NCBI GenBank assembly: GCA_016935525.1
Contig: JAFGQU010000023.1
Coordinates: forward strand, 897 to 64,896
Length of the DNA stretch: 64,000 nt
From: Candidatus Omnitrophota bacterium
GTDB lineage: Bacteria > Omnitrophota > Gorgyraeia > Duberdicusellales > 4484-171
Direction of reading: 5' to 3'
The notes under the pieces were generated by a model. That model was not told the origin of the DNA and did not search any database. It saw only the letters and a list, made by a program, of their open reading frames with translations. Both the position numbers and the translations under genes were made by a program. Within the stretch, counting starts at the first letter, position 1. Each line of letters opens with the position of its first letter. Shown here one piece after another: positions 27,905 through 38,168 of this stretch.

Positions 27905-30900
27905 TCATCTTTTCTGTTCTCTTTCTTTTTTACGGTCTTCGATGACTTTCTGAGCAAGCGCTGTCGGTAACTCTACATATTTTGAGAATTCCATGGAACA
28001 TGACGCTCTCCCGCTGCTTAAAGAACGCAATATCGTCATATATCCGAACAGTTCCGAAAGCGGAGCTTCGGCTTTCACTACTTTCAAATTGGCTTTGGAA
28101 TCGATATTGAGGATCTTTCCCCGTTTAGAACAGATGTTTCCGACGATATTACTTACATAATCTTCGGGAGTGGTTATTTCCAGCGACATAGAAGGTTCAA
28201 GCAGTGTCGGCGAACATTTCATGAACCCTTCTTTGAAACATCCGATTGCCGCAAGACGAAAGGCGATATCGGATGAATCGACTTCATGATAGGACCCGTC
28301 GATGAGATTTACATCCACATCGACGACCGGGAATCCGGCAAGTACTCCGCGTTTCATTATCTCCTGGACCCCTTTCTGCACCGACGGGATATAGTTCCTG
28401 GGGATCGATCCTCCGACGATACTGTTCACAAACTTATGCCCTTCCCCGTTGGTAGACGGCGACATCTCTATGACCACATGGCCGTACTGGCCGTGGCCGC
28501 CGGATTGTTTCACGTGTTTATACTCCGCGGTAACCGGTTTGGTGATCGTTTCTTTATAAGCGACTTTCGGCTGCCCTACGCTGGCGTTTACTTTAAATTC
28601 GTTTTTAAGACGGTCAACGATGATCTCTAAATGCAGTTCCCCCATACCCGAAAGGATCGTTTCATCGGTCTCTTCATCAGTATAGACCTGGAAGGTAGGA
28701 TCTTCTTCCATCAATCTCATAAGCGCTTTACCCAGTTTATCCTGATCGGAACGGCTTTCCGGCTGGACACTGATCGAGATGACCGGTGTCGGAAACTCAA
28801 TCGCCTCAAGTATTAACGGGTCATCCTGTGTCGTCAACGTATCCCCAGTGATCGTATTGCTTAAGCCCACCAACGCCACAATTTCTCCGGCATGAGCGTA
28901 TTCTTTATTTTCACGCTGGTTGGCATGCATCTGGACGATCCTCCCGATACGTTCTTTTTTCCCTTTAGTCGCGTTGAGGATATATGACCCCGATTTGATC
29001 ACTCCGGAATAGATCCGGGTATACACGAGTTTCCCGATATGAGGATCGGCTTGTATTTTAAAAGCTACTGCCGCAAGCGGCGCTTTTATATCAGGCGGCC
29101 TCTCGGCGGTTTTTTCCGGGTCATCGGGCAAGGTCCCGCTCACCGCGGGGATATCCAACGGTGCGGGCAAAAACGCGTTTACCGCGTCTAACAGCCGTTG
29201 AACCCCTTTATTTTTCAATGCCGTCCCGCAAAGGATAGGTACCGCTTTATTGGCAACGGTACCCCGGCGGATCGCGGCAATGATCTCTTCTTTAGTAAGT
29301 GACTCCGGTGAGTGAAGATATTTTTCCGTCAACGTCTCATCACAGGCAGCGGCTCTTTCCAGCATGATCTGATGATATTTCTGGGCGGTTTCTTTTGCTT
29401 CATCCGGGATATCTTCGATCGTGAAATCTTTGCCTTGCGAAGAATCATCGAAGATGACCGCTTTCATCTCGATCACATCGATAATACCCCGGAAATTCTC
29501 TTCCTGTCCTAACGGGATATTTATCGGGATGACGTTCGCTCCGAGTTCCTGTTCGATACTTTCCATTACGGAAAAGAAATGCGCGCCGGTACGGTCCATC
29601 TTATTTACAAAAGCGATCTTGGGGACATGATATTTTTCCGATTGCCGCCATACGGTCTCTGATTGAGGCTGTACGCCGCCGACGGCGCAGAACACGGCAA
29701 CGGCACCGTCAAGGACCCGCAGGCTCCGTTCTACCTCGACGGTAAAATCGACGTGTCCGGGAGTATCGATGATGTTAATACGATTACCTTTCCAGAAACA
29801 GGTAGTTGCCGCGGACGTGATGGTGATCCCGCGTTCCTGTTCCTGTTTCATCCAGTCCATCTGGGCTTTCCCTTCATGGACTTCTCCGATCTTATGAGAC
29901 CGGCCGGTATAAAAAAGGATCCGTTCGGTGACCGTAGTCTTTCCGGCATCGATATGGGCCATGATCCCGATATTACGGATCTTGGTGAGATCGACATCAG
30001 GTATATCGATCTCTTCTTTTTTCGTCAAAGTCTCTTCCGGTTGCTCCTCCTGCGGTTCGGCCTCTTGTGCTACGGCAGGCTCCTCTTCCTGTTCCGGTTC
30101 TGGGTGAGAAGGGACAACTTCGGCCGGCGCGGGTTGTTCCGGAGACGCCTCTTCCTGGGTTTGAGTTTCGGCAGGCTGAGCATCATCTTCCGTCACCGTT
30201 TGAGGCTCAGCCGATGAGACGCTACCGGCTGCTTCATCCGGGGCCGCAGCTTGTTCAGATTCCGGAGATTCGCTTACTTCTTCTATCTCTTCTTCGACCG
30301 CCTCTCCCAACGCCTGGCGTTTTTTGATCAGTTCATTTTTAAGACGGATCCGTTCCATATCCAGCTTCTTGATATCCTGTTCTCTGGCCTGTACTTCCCG
30401 GGTCTTGATATCAAGATGGAACTTTGCTTCTTCATATTCGGCTTTAAGGGCTTCATGCTCTTCGGCGGCGACCCAGGCGACCTGTTCATCTTTTTTACTG
30501 AGCTCTTTACTTAACTGGAAAACTCTTGTCGCCTGTTCTCTTATTTTCTCTTTATGCCGGGATATTTCTTCGTTAAGGCCGCGGATCTCGGCATTTTTAT
30601 TGCGGATCTCCCCCTCCAGGTCTTCGGCCCGTTGAGTCAAAGTACGTACTTCGGTCGCCAGTTTCACGTTCTTGGAAAATTCCATCTCCAGCAGTTTTTC
30701 TTTTTCAAGATATTTCTCTTTGGTCTCGGCCATCTGTTCGCTGGTCCGTTTAAGCATCTCCTGGGATTTACTCACCCATTCTTCCCGCTGGCCGAATTCT
30801 TCGCGAAGTTTATCTTCGATTTTCTGAGCTTCTTTGATCGTATCTTTTAAAGAAGCATATTCTTTTTTCAAGTTCTGGAACTTCTCATGAAGCGATTTAT

Positions 30901-31075
30901 ATTCGGATTTAAGGGTATGGAAATTCGTCTCGATCGCCTTGGCGCGGACGGTTCCTTTTTTATGCTGTTCGGCTTCTTTTGACGAGGTAACCATCGCATA
31001 GACGACGACCCCGATACCGATGAACACCACGGCTCCTACCCCGACCATCATTTTAAGTGAGACTAATTCGACCAT
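27905..31075 (-). CDS. elongation factor G homolog with about 350 aa N-terminal extension (TM helix, K/E-rich coiled coil, acidic Pro/Glu/Gln-rich linker)
   Basis: [19 protein letters not shown]-motifs; all five EF-G domains incl. domain IV loop SYHEVDSS; N-terminal [21 protein letters not shown] hydrophobic helix; not in an rpsL-rpsG-fusA-tuf context. Confidence 0.85.
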   Translation of the reverse strand: MVELVSLKMMVGVGAVVFIGIGVVVYAMVTSSKEAEQHKKGTVRAKAIETNFHTLKSEYKSLHEKFQNLKKEYASLKDTIKEAQKIEDKLREEFGQREEWVSKSQEMLKRTSEQMAETKEKYLEKEKLLEMEFSKNVKLATEVRTLTQRAEDLEGEIRNKNAEIRGLNEEISRHKEKIREQATRVFQLSKELSKKDEQVAWVAAEEHEALKAEYEEAKFHLDIKTREVQAREQDIKKLDMERIRLKNELIKKRQALGEAVEEEIEEVSESPESEQAAAPDEAAGSVSSAEPQTVTEDDAQPAETQTQEEASPEQPAPAEVVPSHPEPEQEEEPAVAQEAEPQEEQPEETLTKKEEIDIPDVDLTKIRNIGIMAHIDAGKTTVTERILFYTGRSHKIGEVHEGKAQMDWMKQEQERGITITSAATTCFWKGNRINIIDTPGHVDFTVEVERSLRVLDGAVAVFCAVGGVQPQSETVWRQSEKYHVPKIAFVNKMDRTGAHFFSVMESIEQELGANVIPINIPLGQEENFRGIIDVIEMKAVIFDDSSQGKDFTIEDIPDEAKETAQKYHQIMLERAAACDETLTEKYLHSPESLTKEEIIAAIRRGTVANKAVPILCGTALKNKGVQRLLDAVNAFLPAPLDIPAVSGTLPDDPEKTAERPPDIKAPLAAVAFKIQADPHIGKLVYTRIYSGVIKSGSYILNATKGKKERIGRIVQMHANQRENKEYAHAGEIVALVGLSNTITGDTLTTQDDPLILEAIEFPTPVISISVQPESRSDQDKLGKALMRLMEEDPTFQVYTDEETDETILSGMGELHLEIIVDRLKNEFKVNASVGQPKVAYKETITKPVTAEYKHVKQSGGHGQYGHVVIEMSPSTNGEGHKFVNSIVGGSIPRNYIPSVQKGVQEIMKRGVLAGFPVVDVDVNLIDGSYHEVDSSDIAFRLAAIGCFKEGFMKCSPTLLEPSMSLEITTPEDYVSNIVGNICSKRGKILNIDSKANLKVVKAEAPLSELFGYMTILRSLSSGRASCSMEFSKYVELPTALAQKVIEDRKKEREQKR

Positions 31076-31367
31076 AGTATTATATTGTTCCGGGTAATCT
31101 TATGTATTTTCCTGCTACTTTTTATATATACCATATATAACCCCATAAAAACAATATTCGGTACTAGAAAAGAGTAAGCGTTTACACATAATCGTTAGTT
31201 AAATAGCGGTTAGACTAAAAATATATTTGTATCCTTTTCCCTAACGGGATAACGGGGCATCGGGGGAACGGGTGAACCGGCTAACCTGACTATAGACCAT
31301 TGACTCCTCCCGCCAAAGGATAGCCGATACACTTTATTGGGAAATGTGTGATTTGAAGGCGTAGCTG

Positions 31368-31751
31368 TTAAAATCGGCCCTGGATATCGTTGATGATCTC
31401 AAATGCCAGGTCAAGATTAGGCAGTGCCCGGCGCCGCGCGCTTACGTCGACCCATATCGAAGTATCTCCCGAATCATAGGTCACCCGGGCGACATACGCG
31501 GCAACCGAAGTATCACCGATACGGGCGCGGATAACTCCGTCACTTTCATTTTCGAAAATGACCTGTCCGCGCTCCGAAAGAACTGACCGGGTCTCTTCCC
31601 AGGCCTGTTCGATAGTAGTATCGAGGTCTAACCGTACCGTATCGACACTCAATACCAACCCTCCGGCAACACCGGTGCCTACAAGAAGCGGGATACAGCC
31701 CGTGAGCGAGAAAAGAAGACAGAGACTTAAAAGACAATGTGTGATCTTCAT
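31368..31751 (-). CDS. lipoprotein, hypothetical (DUF3568-like)
   Basis: Start at the ATG preceded by GAAGGAGGATAAA; lipobox LTGC. Confidence 0.5.
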   Translation of the reverse strand: MKITHCLLSLCLLFSLTGCIPLLVGTGVAGGLVLSVDTVRLDLDTTIEQAWEETRSVLSERGQVIFENESDGVIRARIGDTSVAAYVARVTYDSGDTSIWVDVSARRRALPNLDLAFEIINDIQGRF

Positions 31752-31819
31752 TTTATCCTCCTTCAATGAGCGCGCAACTTATGGAGCAAAGCGATCATAA
31801 GTTGCCTGCGCGAATTGAA

Positions 31820-31851
31820 CCCTTGACGATTTTGCACAAAATTGTCAAGGG
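31820..31851. promoter_or_regulatory. 32 bp palindrome CCCTTGACGATTTTGCACAAAATTGTCAAGGG (copy B of the duplicated leader module)
   Basis: Read directly; paralogous to 14282-14313. Confidence 0.5.
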
Positions 31852-31932
31852 TGTAATTCGGTCATACCACTTATGTTCCCTACAATTCATAAGTGGTGAC
31901 CTCATTACATTCTACCTCTGTCCCTGTTTTTT

Positions 31933-32706
31933 TCAAGAGCCGGATGTAAGCCGGCGTTTAAACTCTTCCCAGGGAAACTTTTTTCCGGGGCAATTGGTTT
32001 TCGCGCCGCGCACCTGGCCATGGCCTAAAATGTTTTTTGGCGAAATATGATAGTAGTCTTTAAGGCGCCGGACCAGGTAGATCAACGAATCCATCTGCCG
32101 GGACGTCACTTGCTCGATATCAAAATTCCCTACCAGACAGATACCGATCGAACGATAATTCATCTTTGACGCTTTACAATGAGCGCCGACTTCCTGTTTA
32201 AGCCAGCGCGGCGAGACTTCTATCTGTCCGTCGGTTTTTTCCAACGTTCCGTTATCGATCACGAAATGGTACCCTAACCCCCGATAAAATCCGCGTTTTT
32301 TATGACCTTCATTAAAACAGAGGGCATTGCCTTCATCGGTCGCGCTGTGATGGATAATGATGTATTTCCATGTATCCGAAGGATATAACGGGACTACCGG
32401 TTTGATCTGAGCTGCCTGGGGGATAACGAGTTTTTGACCGATAGAAAGGCGATCGGGTTTTTTGAGCTTATTTTTTTCGATGATACTTTCCATGGACACA
32501 TCATACATCTTTGCCAGACGCCACACCGTCTCACCCGGCGCGACGACATGAGAGGCATCATAACGGGCTGAAGGCACCTCTTGCGGCGGCGGGATAGCCG
32601 GGTAAGTCTTAGGAGCATATACCGGCGGTCGAGGCGATATCCGGGCGCAGGAAGCACACGTAAGCGCCAACACCGATAACAATATGAGGTAACTTAGTTT
32701 TTTCAT
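31933..32706 (-). CDS. N-acetylmuramoyl-L-alanine amidase (amidase_2/PGRP domain) with LysM domain; lipoprotein
   Basis: LysM (VVAPGETVWRLAKMY..GQKLVIP) plus IIIHHSAT..HFVID..GAHC amidase_2 motifs. Confidence 0.8.
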   Translation of the reverse strand: MKKLSYLILLSVLALTCASCARISPRPPVYAPKTYPAIPPPQEVPSARYDASHVVAPGETVWRLAKMYDVSMESIIEKNKLKKPDRLSIGQKLVIPQAAQIKPVVPLYPSDTWKYIIIHHSATDEGNALCFNEGHKKRGFYRGLGYHFVIDNGTLEKTDGQIEVSPRWLKQEVGAHCKASKMNYRSIGICLVGNFDIEQVTSRQMDSLIYLVRRLKDYYHISPKNILGHGQVRGAKTNCPGKKFPWEEFKRRLTSGS

Positions 32707-32759
32707 GCTATGTCCTATTCTAATTCTTTATCAAAAAAAATCAACCCACTCTTAATAAA

Positions 32760-32880
32760 ATCATTTAGAAATACAATAGAAATATGTTCGCTATCGCTCA
32801 CGAAATACACCAAGTTACACTTGGTGAAATACAATTGTATTTCTATGTATTTCTATCGTATTTCAACTGTATTTCCATAA
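32760..32880. repeat. GAAATAC / GTATTTC word repeat block
   Basis: Shares ATTGTATTTCTATGTATTTC with 34396-34415 and CGCTCACGAAA with 26785-26800. Confidence 0.6.
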
Positions 32881-32884
32881 TAAT

Positions 32885-33526
32885 TTAAAGAGTAAGAAAT
32901 TTCTTAACCGACGGGCACAAATCTTTAAGAAAACATTCTTTACATTTCGGCTTGCGGGCAAGACAGACCTTCCGGCCGTGTTCGATAAGCACGTAACTGA
33001 ACCGGCCCCACTGGGATTTAGGAAGTATGTTCATGAGATCTTTCTCTATTTTCTCCGGGTTATCATACACGGTAAATCCCAACCGGCCGCTCAGGCGGCG
33101 CACATGAGTATCGACGGCGATGCCTTCGTTCTTACCAAACACATTGAACAAGACGATATTCGCCGTTTTACGGGCGACTCCCGGTAACGTCAAAAGGTCC
33201 TCCATCGTAGAAGGGATCTTACCGTTAAACTCGGTTTTGATCTTTTGTGCGGCACCGACGATATGCTTAGCTTTATTCCGGAAAAACCCGGTCGACCGGA
33301 TATCCTGCGAAAAAACGTTCACATCCGCGGCCGCATAATCGTCTATTGACCGGTATTTTTTAAACAGTTTTTCGGTCACGATATTTACCTGCTTATCGGT
33401 ACATTGGGCCGAAAGGATCACCGCGACCAGAAGTTCTAAAAAGTTTCCGTACTTAAGCGCTATCTTCGCTCCCCGATACTCTTTCTGTAACAACCTGATG
33501 ATCTCTTCAGTTTTCTTTTTCTGCAT
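32885..33526 (-). CDS. nth: endonuclease III
   Basis: HhH LPGVARKTANIV, catalytic Lys/Asp region, C-x6-C-x2-C-x5-C cluster (CLARKPKCKECFLKDLC). Confidence 0.9.
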   Translation of the reverse strand: MQKKKTEEIIRLLQKEYRGAKIALKYGNFLELLVAVILSAQCTDKQVNIVTEKLFKKYRSIDDYAAADVNVFSQDIRSTGFFRNKAKHIVGAAQKIKTEFNGKIPSTMEDLLTLPGVARKTANIVLFNVFGKNEGIAVDTHVRRLSGRLGFTVYDNPEKIEKDLMNILPKSQWGRFSYVLIEHGRKVCLARKPKCKECFLKDLCPSVKKFLTL

Positions 33527-33535
33527 CTTTCTCAA

Positions 33536-33566
33536 CGTGTGACTATGTGACCTTGTGTCGTGTGAC
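33536..33566. repeat. GTCACAC module (reverse orientation: GTGTGACTATGTGACCTTGTGTCGTGTGAC) filling the xth-nth spacer
   Basis: Reverse complement matches GTCACACGACAC-AAG-GTCACATAGTCACAC. Confidence 0.65.
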
Positions 33567-33572
33567 TTTCTC

Positions 33573-34343
33573 TTAGAACTGCACCTCTATCCCCACCGGG
33601 CAATGGTCCGATCCGGAGACTTCGTGTAAAATAAACGCGTCTTTAAGGTGGTCACGCGAGGGAGTATCGATAAAAAAGTAATCGATACGCCACCCTACGT
33701 TACGCTCACGCGCGCGTGATTTAAAATCCCACCAGGTATACCGGCCGGGTTCTTTATGGAACACCCGGAACGTGTCGGTAAGGCCTCTTTCGATAAACGT
33801 ATCCAGCCACATCCGTTCCTGGGGCAGAAAGCCTGAAACCATACTGTTCTCTTTCGGCCGAGCCAGGTCTATTTCGGTATGCGCGGTATTCACATCACCG
33901 CAGACAATGATCGTCTTTTTTTTCTTTTTCAGCTGCGTGACCAAGCCTAAAAAATCCTGATAATAATCCAGTTTAAACTGAAGCCTTTCCCTGCTCATCT
34001 TGCCGTTAGGGAAATAGATATTTAAAAAGAAAAAACGGGGATATTCCAGGACCAAGGCCCGCCCTTCGGGGTCATTTTCTTCGTCGTATATACCGCGCGC
34101 TACACACAACGGTTCTTCTTTAGTATATACCGCCACACCGCTATACCCGCGACGCTCGGCGCTTGAGAAAAAAACATGATATCCCGGCACATGACGTAAC
34201 GATTCGTCTAACTGGTCGAGATGGGCTTTGGTCTCCTGGAGCGCGAGGATATCCGGTTGTTCTTTACTCAACCATTCCAGAAATCCTTTTTTCTGAACAG
34301 CCCGGATACCGTTTACGTTCCAGGATATGAATCTATACTTCAT
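33573..34343 (-). CDS. xth: exodeoxyribonuclease III
   Basis: SWNVNGIRA..LQETK N-terminus, EEP fold motifs. Confidence 0.9.
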   Translation of the reverse strand: MKYRFISWNVNGIRAVQKKGFLEWLSKEQPDILALQETKAHLDQLDESLRHVPGYHVFFSSAERRGYSGVAVYTKEEPLCVARGIYDEENDPEGRALVLEYPRFFFLNIYFPNGKMSRERLQFKLDYYQDFLGLVTQLKKKKKTIIVCGDVNTAHTEIDLARPKENSMVSGFLPQERMWLDTFIERGLTDTFRVFHKEPGRYTWWDFKSRARERNVGWRIDYFFIDTPSRDHLKDAFILHEVSGSDHCPVGIEVQF

Positions 34344-34344
34344 T

Positions 34345-34455
34345 TGTGTTTATAAGAAATACAGTAGAAATACGATGGAAATGCAGTGGAAATACGATTG
34401 TATTTCTATGTATTTCGCGAAACGAAGTTGAGCATATTTCTACCGTATTTCTATT
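34345..34455. repeat. GAAATAC / GTATTTC word repeat block
   Basis: Near-identical 20-mers to 32845-32865 (ATTGTATTTCTATGTATTTC) and 26797-26816 (CGAAACGAAGTnGAGCATAT). Confidence 0.6.
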
Positions 34456-35460
34456 TTACTGCCACACTCCCGCTATCTTTTCGCCGCATGATGGGCACCT
34501 GCCCTCTTTTATCTTATTTTCGCTCACAAAAAACCCTTCACGCCTGATCAATCGTTCGCCGCAGGCCGGGCATACCGTATCGGCACCTTCACCGACATTT
34601 CCCAGGTACACGTATTTTAATCCCGCGTTCAGTCCGATCTCTCTGGCCTGATGCAATATATTAAGCGGGGTAGGAAAATTCGATCTTAACTTATATTGCG
34701 GATAGAACCGGCTGATATGCCAGGGTATATCACGATCGACCCCGGCGATAAACCCGGCAATATCGGCAAGTTCTTCTTGCGAATCGTTTGCGCCGGGAAC
34801 GATCAATGTCGTCACCTCGACCCATATCCCCGATTCCTTCATCCGCCTGATCGAATCAAGTACCGGCCGCAGTGTACCGCCGCACCGTTCTTTATAAAAC
34901 CGTTCGCTGAAACTCTTTAAATCGATATTCGCCGCGTCAAGATAAGGGCGGATCAGGTCGATCATCTTATCGGTCATATACCCGTTGGTGACAAACACAT
35001 TCGCTATCCCTTTCTTATGGGAGATTTGAGAGATATCGTAGGCATATTCGAAAAAAATCGTCGGTTCGGTATACGTATAGGCGATACTGCGGCACTCATT
35101 GGCAAGAGCGTCTCCGACCACGGTATCCGCTCCCACACCCGGGAGGTTCTCCTGGGATTCCAGCGGGGTTTGTGATATCTGCCAGTTTTGACAGAATTCA
35201 CAACGAAAATTACACCCCGGCGTCGCGATAGAATAAGAAAGTGTCCCGGGAAGAAAATGGTAAAGCGGTTTTTTTTCGATAGGATCGCAATTGGCGGCGA
35301 TCAATTTCCCGTAACTTGCGGTATAGAGTTTCCCGGCGACGTTATGCCGGATGCCGCAGCGGCCGGTTTCCCCCGGGGCGATCCGGCAATAATGGCTGCA
35401 AAGGACACACCGGAGGCGGCCGTTATCTGATTGTTCGTATAGTAATGCTTCTTTATTCAA
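34456..35460 (-). CDS. AmmeMemoRadiSam-system radical SAM enzyme (PFL-activase-like)
   Basis: RCVLCSHYC..EPIEKKPLYHF..GCNFRCEFCQNWQIS signature of TIGR04337-type proteins. Confidence 0.8.
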   Translation of the reverse strand: MNKEALLYEQSDNGRLRCVLCSHYCRIAPGETGRCGIRHNVAGKLYTASYGKLIAANCDPIEKKPLYHFLPGTLSYSIATPGCNFRCEFCQNWQISQTPLESQENLPGVGADTVVGDALANECRSIAYTYTEPTIFFEYAYDISQISHKKGIANVFVTNGYMTDKMIDLIRPYLDAANIDLKSFSERFYKERCGGTLRPVLDSIRRMKESGIWVEVTTLIVPGANDSQEELADIAGFIAGVDRDIPWHISRFYPQYKLRSNFPTPLNILHQAREIGLNAGLKYVYLGNVGEGADTVCPACGERLIRREGFFVSENKIKEGRCPSCGEKIAGVWQ

Positions 35461-36017
35461 AGGCTTTTCTTATTATTGAGGCGTCGTGTGTACTGGCGGG
35501 CCAATATGTAAAGTAAATCCGAAAGCCGGTTAAGGTATATCACGATCGATTTGTTTTTTAATCGTTTTTTGTTTTGAAGGGCAACCGCGTTACGTTCGGC
35601 ACGCCGGGTGACGGTACGGGCGATATCGGTAAATGCCGAAAGGATGTTGTCACCGGGCAGGCAGAAAGAATCGAGCACAAGACCGCCTTTACTCTGAATC
35701 CGCCGGATATGGTCTTCTAACATACACACGTAACTTTCATCAATACGTTTTTTCAGCCGGGGCCTCCGAGACGGTCCGCTTATCAGTTCGGTACCGATTA
35801 AAAACAGGTGGTCCTGGATGAAAGCGATGAGGTTACGGTCATTTTTTTTGTGTTGTATACTTTTGATAAGGCCCAGATACGAACACAGTTCATCTATCGT
35901 ACCGAGCGTTTCGATGACCGGGTCATCTTTACTCACCCGTTTACCGCCCCAGAGCGAGGTCGTGCCGCGATCCCCGCTTTTGGTTACTACCCCGCATTTT
36001 TTATTTTTATGTTTCAT
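35457..36017 (-). CDS. PduO-type ATP:cob(I)alamin adenosyltransferase
   Basis: TKSGDRGTTSL..KDDPVIETLGTIDEL motif. Confidence 0.75.
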   Translation of the reverse strand: MKHKNKKCGVVTKSGDRGTTSLWGGKRVSKDDPVIETLGTIDELCSYLGLIKSIQHKKNDRNLIAFIQDHLFLIGTELISGPSRRPRLKKRIDESYVCMLEDHIRRIQSKGGLVLDSFCLPGDNILSAFTDIARTVTRRAERNAVALQNKKRLKNKSIVIYLNRLSDLLYILARQYTRRLNNKKSL

Positions 36018-36421
36018 TTCAGTTCGATATTCACACCTTCGGTATGCAACAGGGTGTTATGAACAGGACAATTATGAATAAATCTCATAAACACGTCTTT
36101 TTTATCGCCGATATCGGCATCGGTATGCACCTGTACCGTGATATCGGTAAGCCGTTGAGGAGAACTTTGAGCTAATTGGGCGTGCGCGGTGGTTTTCAAA
36201 TAAGTAAACCCGATATCGTGCCGTGTAAGGTAACTATTGGCGTACACCCCGATACAACCGGCAAGCGACGAAAGAAGAAGTTCGAGCGAATTCGCCCCAA
36301 GCGGGGTATATCCTTCTTCTTTTTTATCGATATAGAAAGAACTTTGTGAGTTCTCGGTATGTACGGCGAATATATGTTTCTCTTTATACTCGACGTGTAC
36401 GTTCACATCCATGTCGGTCAC
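36014..36421 (-). CDS. OsmC/Ohr family protein
   Basis: Two conserved Cys (LAGCIG, HNCPVH). Confidence 0.8.
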   Translation of the reverse strand: MTDMDVNVHVEYKEKHIFAVHTENSQSSFYIDKKEEGYTPLGANSLELLLSSLAGCIGVYANSYLTRHDIGFTYLKTTAHAQLAQSSPQRLTDITVQVHTDADIGDKKDVFMRFIHNCPVHNTLLHTEGVNIELK

Positions 36422-36554
36422 CTCATCCTTTTATAGGCCTCTCAATAAATCCTAAAATGACAACAAAATCTATGTTTTTCAATCTCGGTCATCTCTCTTT
36501 AATCACTGTCATCAGAAAACCCTGTACCCTTTAGCCTTTTCCGGGGTTCTCTTT

Positions 36555-37724
36555 TTAAAATGCCGCGTAAAATATCTCTTTTACATCTTTTTTCTTCAGT
36601 GGATAAAAAGCTCCTAAGTTCCCGCCCCAATGCCGGCAGGCTTTCTCGGCCATCTTGATAAGATCCTCTTTTTTTACCCCGACATCACGCAGGCGCGCGG
36701 GCATACCTAATGAAGAGAAAAACGAACGGGTCTTTGCGATAGTTTTTCTGGCAGTTTTGAATGTATCGTTTTGCGAAGGCACATCCCACACCCGCCTCCC
36801 GTATTCGATAAATTTATCTACGGTCTTTGCATTCAAGACATGTTCCATCCATACCGGCGAAAAGATCGCCAGGCCCGCGCCGTGAGTCACGTCGTATATC
36901 GCGCTTAACTCGTGTTCCATGTAATGGGTCGCCCAGTCGGTTTTTTTTCCTTTACCGATCAATCCGCATAACGCGAGGCTTCCCGCCCACATGATCTGCG
37001 CGCGGGAATCATAATCTTTCGGTGTGGCGACTGCGCGCGGCCCGTGTTCAATACATATTTTCATCAAGCCTTCGGCGAGACGGTCTTGTACCTCGGTCGC
37101 CTTATCCTGGCTGAAATATTGTTCGAAAATATGGACCATGATATCGACGACCCCGCAGGCAATATGGTAAGCCGGTACCGAATACGTATATACCGGGTCC
37201 AGTATCGAAAATACCGGCCTTAATATTTCGGTCCCCAACGCCAGTTTCTGGGCGGTATCGGTCCTGGTGATTACCATGTTCCCGTTCATCTCCGAGCCCG
37301 CCGCGGCCAGCGTCAATACCGCCGCGACCGGTAACGCGTCTTCTACCTGAGCCCGGCGGGTAAAAAAGTCCCATACGTCTCCTGAGTATTTGACTCCGCA
37401 GGCGATCGCTTTAGCCGAATCGATCACGCTTCCTCCGCCGACGGCAAGGATAAAATCGATCTTCTCCTGCCGGCACAGGCGTATACCTTCATATACATCG
37501 TCAAGATGAGGGTTAGGGTATATCCCGGACAACTCCCAGAACGGGATCTTCGTCTTTTTTACCTGGCCGATCACGTCTTTTAAAATACCGTATTTCCGAG
37601 CGCTATTCCTTCCGCTTACAATCAGAAGCCGCCTGGCCCGGGCCTTAAGTTCACCCGCCAAAGCCGTGATCTGTCCTTTACCGAAATAAATCTTGGTCGA
37701 AATATGCAGGTTAAAATTTTCCAT
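36555..37724 (-). CDS. iron-containing alcohol dehydrogenase
   Basis: GGGSVID NAD site, His-rich metal site. Confidence 0.85.
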   Translation of the reverse strand: MENFNLHISTKIYFGKGQITALAGELKARARRLLIVSGRNSARKYGILKDVIGQVKKTKIPFWELSGIYPNPHLDDVYEGIRLCRQEKIDFILAVGGGSVIDSAKAIACGVKYSGDVWDFFTRRAQVEDALPVAAVLTLAAAGSEMNGNMVITRTDTAQKLALGTEILRPVFSILDPVYTYSVPAYHIACGVVDIMVHIFEQYFSQDKATEVQDRLAEGLMKICIEHGPRAVATPKDYDSRAQIMWAGSLALCGLIGKGKKTDWATHYMEHELSAIYDVTHGAGLAIFSPVWMEHVLNAKTVDKFIEYGRRVWDVPSQNDTFKTARKTIAKTRSFFSSLGMPARLRDVGVKKEDLIKMAEKACRHWGGNLGAFYPLKKKDVKEIFYAAF

Positions 37725-37919
37725 CTTTCGCCTCTGGTCCGGAACTAAAATTATACTCTCTCAAAGGTATAAATTCAACCTATGCCTGCGAGATGCCGGT
37801 CGGCACCCCTTTTAAAAGGCGTAAAACCGTTGTGTTTATTGCGATTATCGCTGTCGATAATTTTTTCTTTGCAAAATACCCCGAAAAGTGGTAAAACTAT
37901 AACATTTAAAGGAGGCACT

Positions 37920-38081
37920 ATGGCTGAAGTAAGAATCGAAGGAAATCAAGATTTCGAGAAAGCACTAAAAAAGTTTAAAGCGCAATGTAAACGTGAAGGG
38001 ATTGTGCGCAAAATAAGAGAACGTCAATACTACACCAAACCCTCTCAAAAACGAAGAGAGAAAAGGAAGAAAAAGGTTTAA
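37920..38081 (+). CDS. rpsU: 30S ribosomal protein S21
   Basis: AGGAGG RBS then MAEVRIEGNQDFEKALKKFK..; the track ORF 37782-38081 is an N-terminally over-extended version. Confidence 0.85.
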   Translation: MAEVRIEGNQDFEKALKKFKAQCKREGIVRKIRERQYYTKPSQKRREKRKKKV

Positions 38082-38168
38082 TCAGAGATGGGTTTCAGGT
38101 AAAGACGACAACGAGATGTACCGCTAAAAAGTTCTCTTTTCCTCTTAATATCGCGCTACGGACCATAT

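Noticed and set aside
28286-30850. Many plus-strand ORFs (for example 29663-30217 and 30324-30635) opposite the EF-G gene
   Set aside because: They are antisense translations of a highly conserved EF-G coding sequence and of its GAG/GAA-rich acidic linker (which gives the Leu/Phe/Ser-rich frames); spurious.
37782-37919. N-terminal 46 aa extension of the rpsU ORF
   Set aside because: S21 is universally about 55-70 aa; an AGGAGG RBS sits immediately before the internal ATG at 37920.
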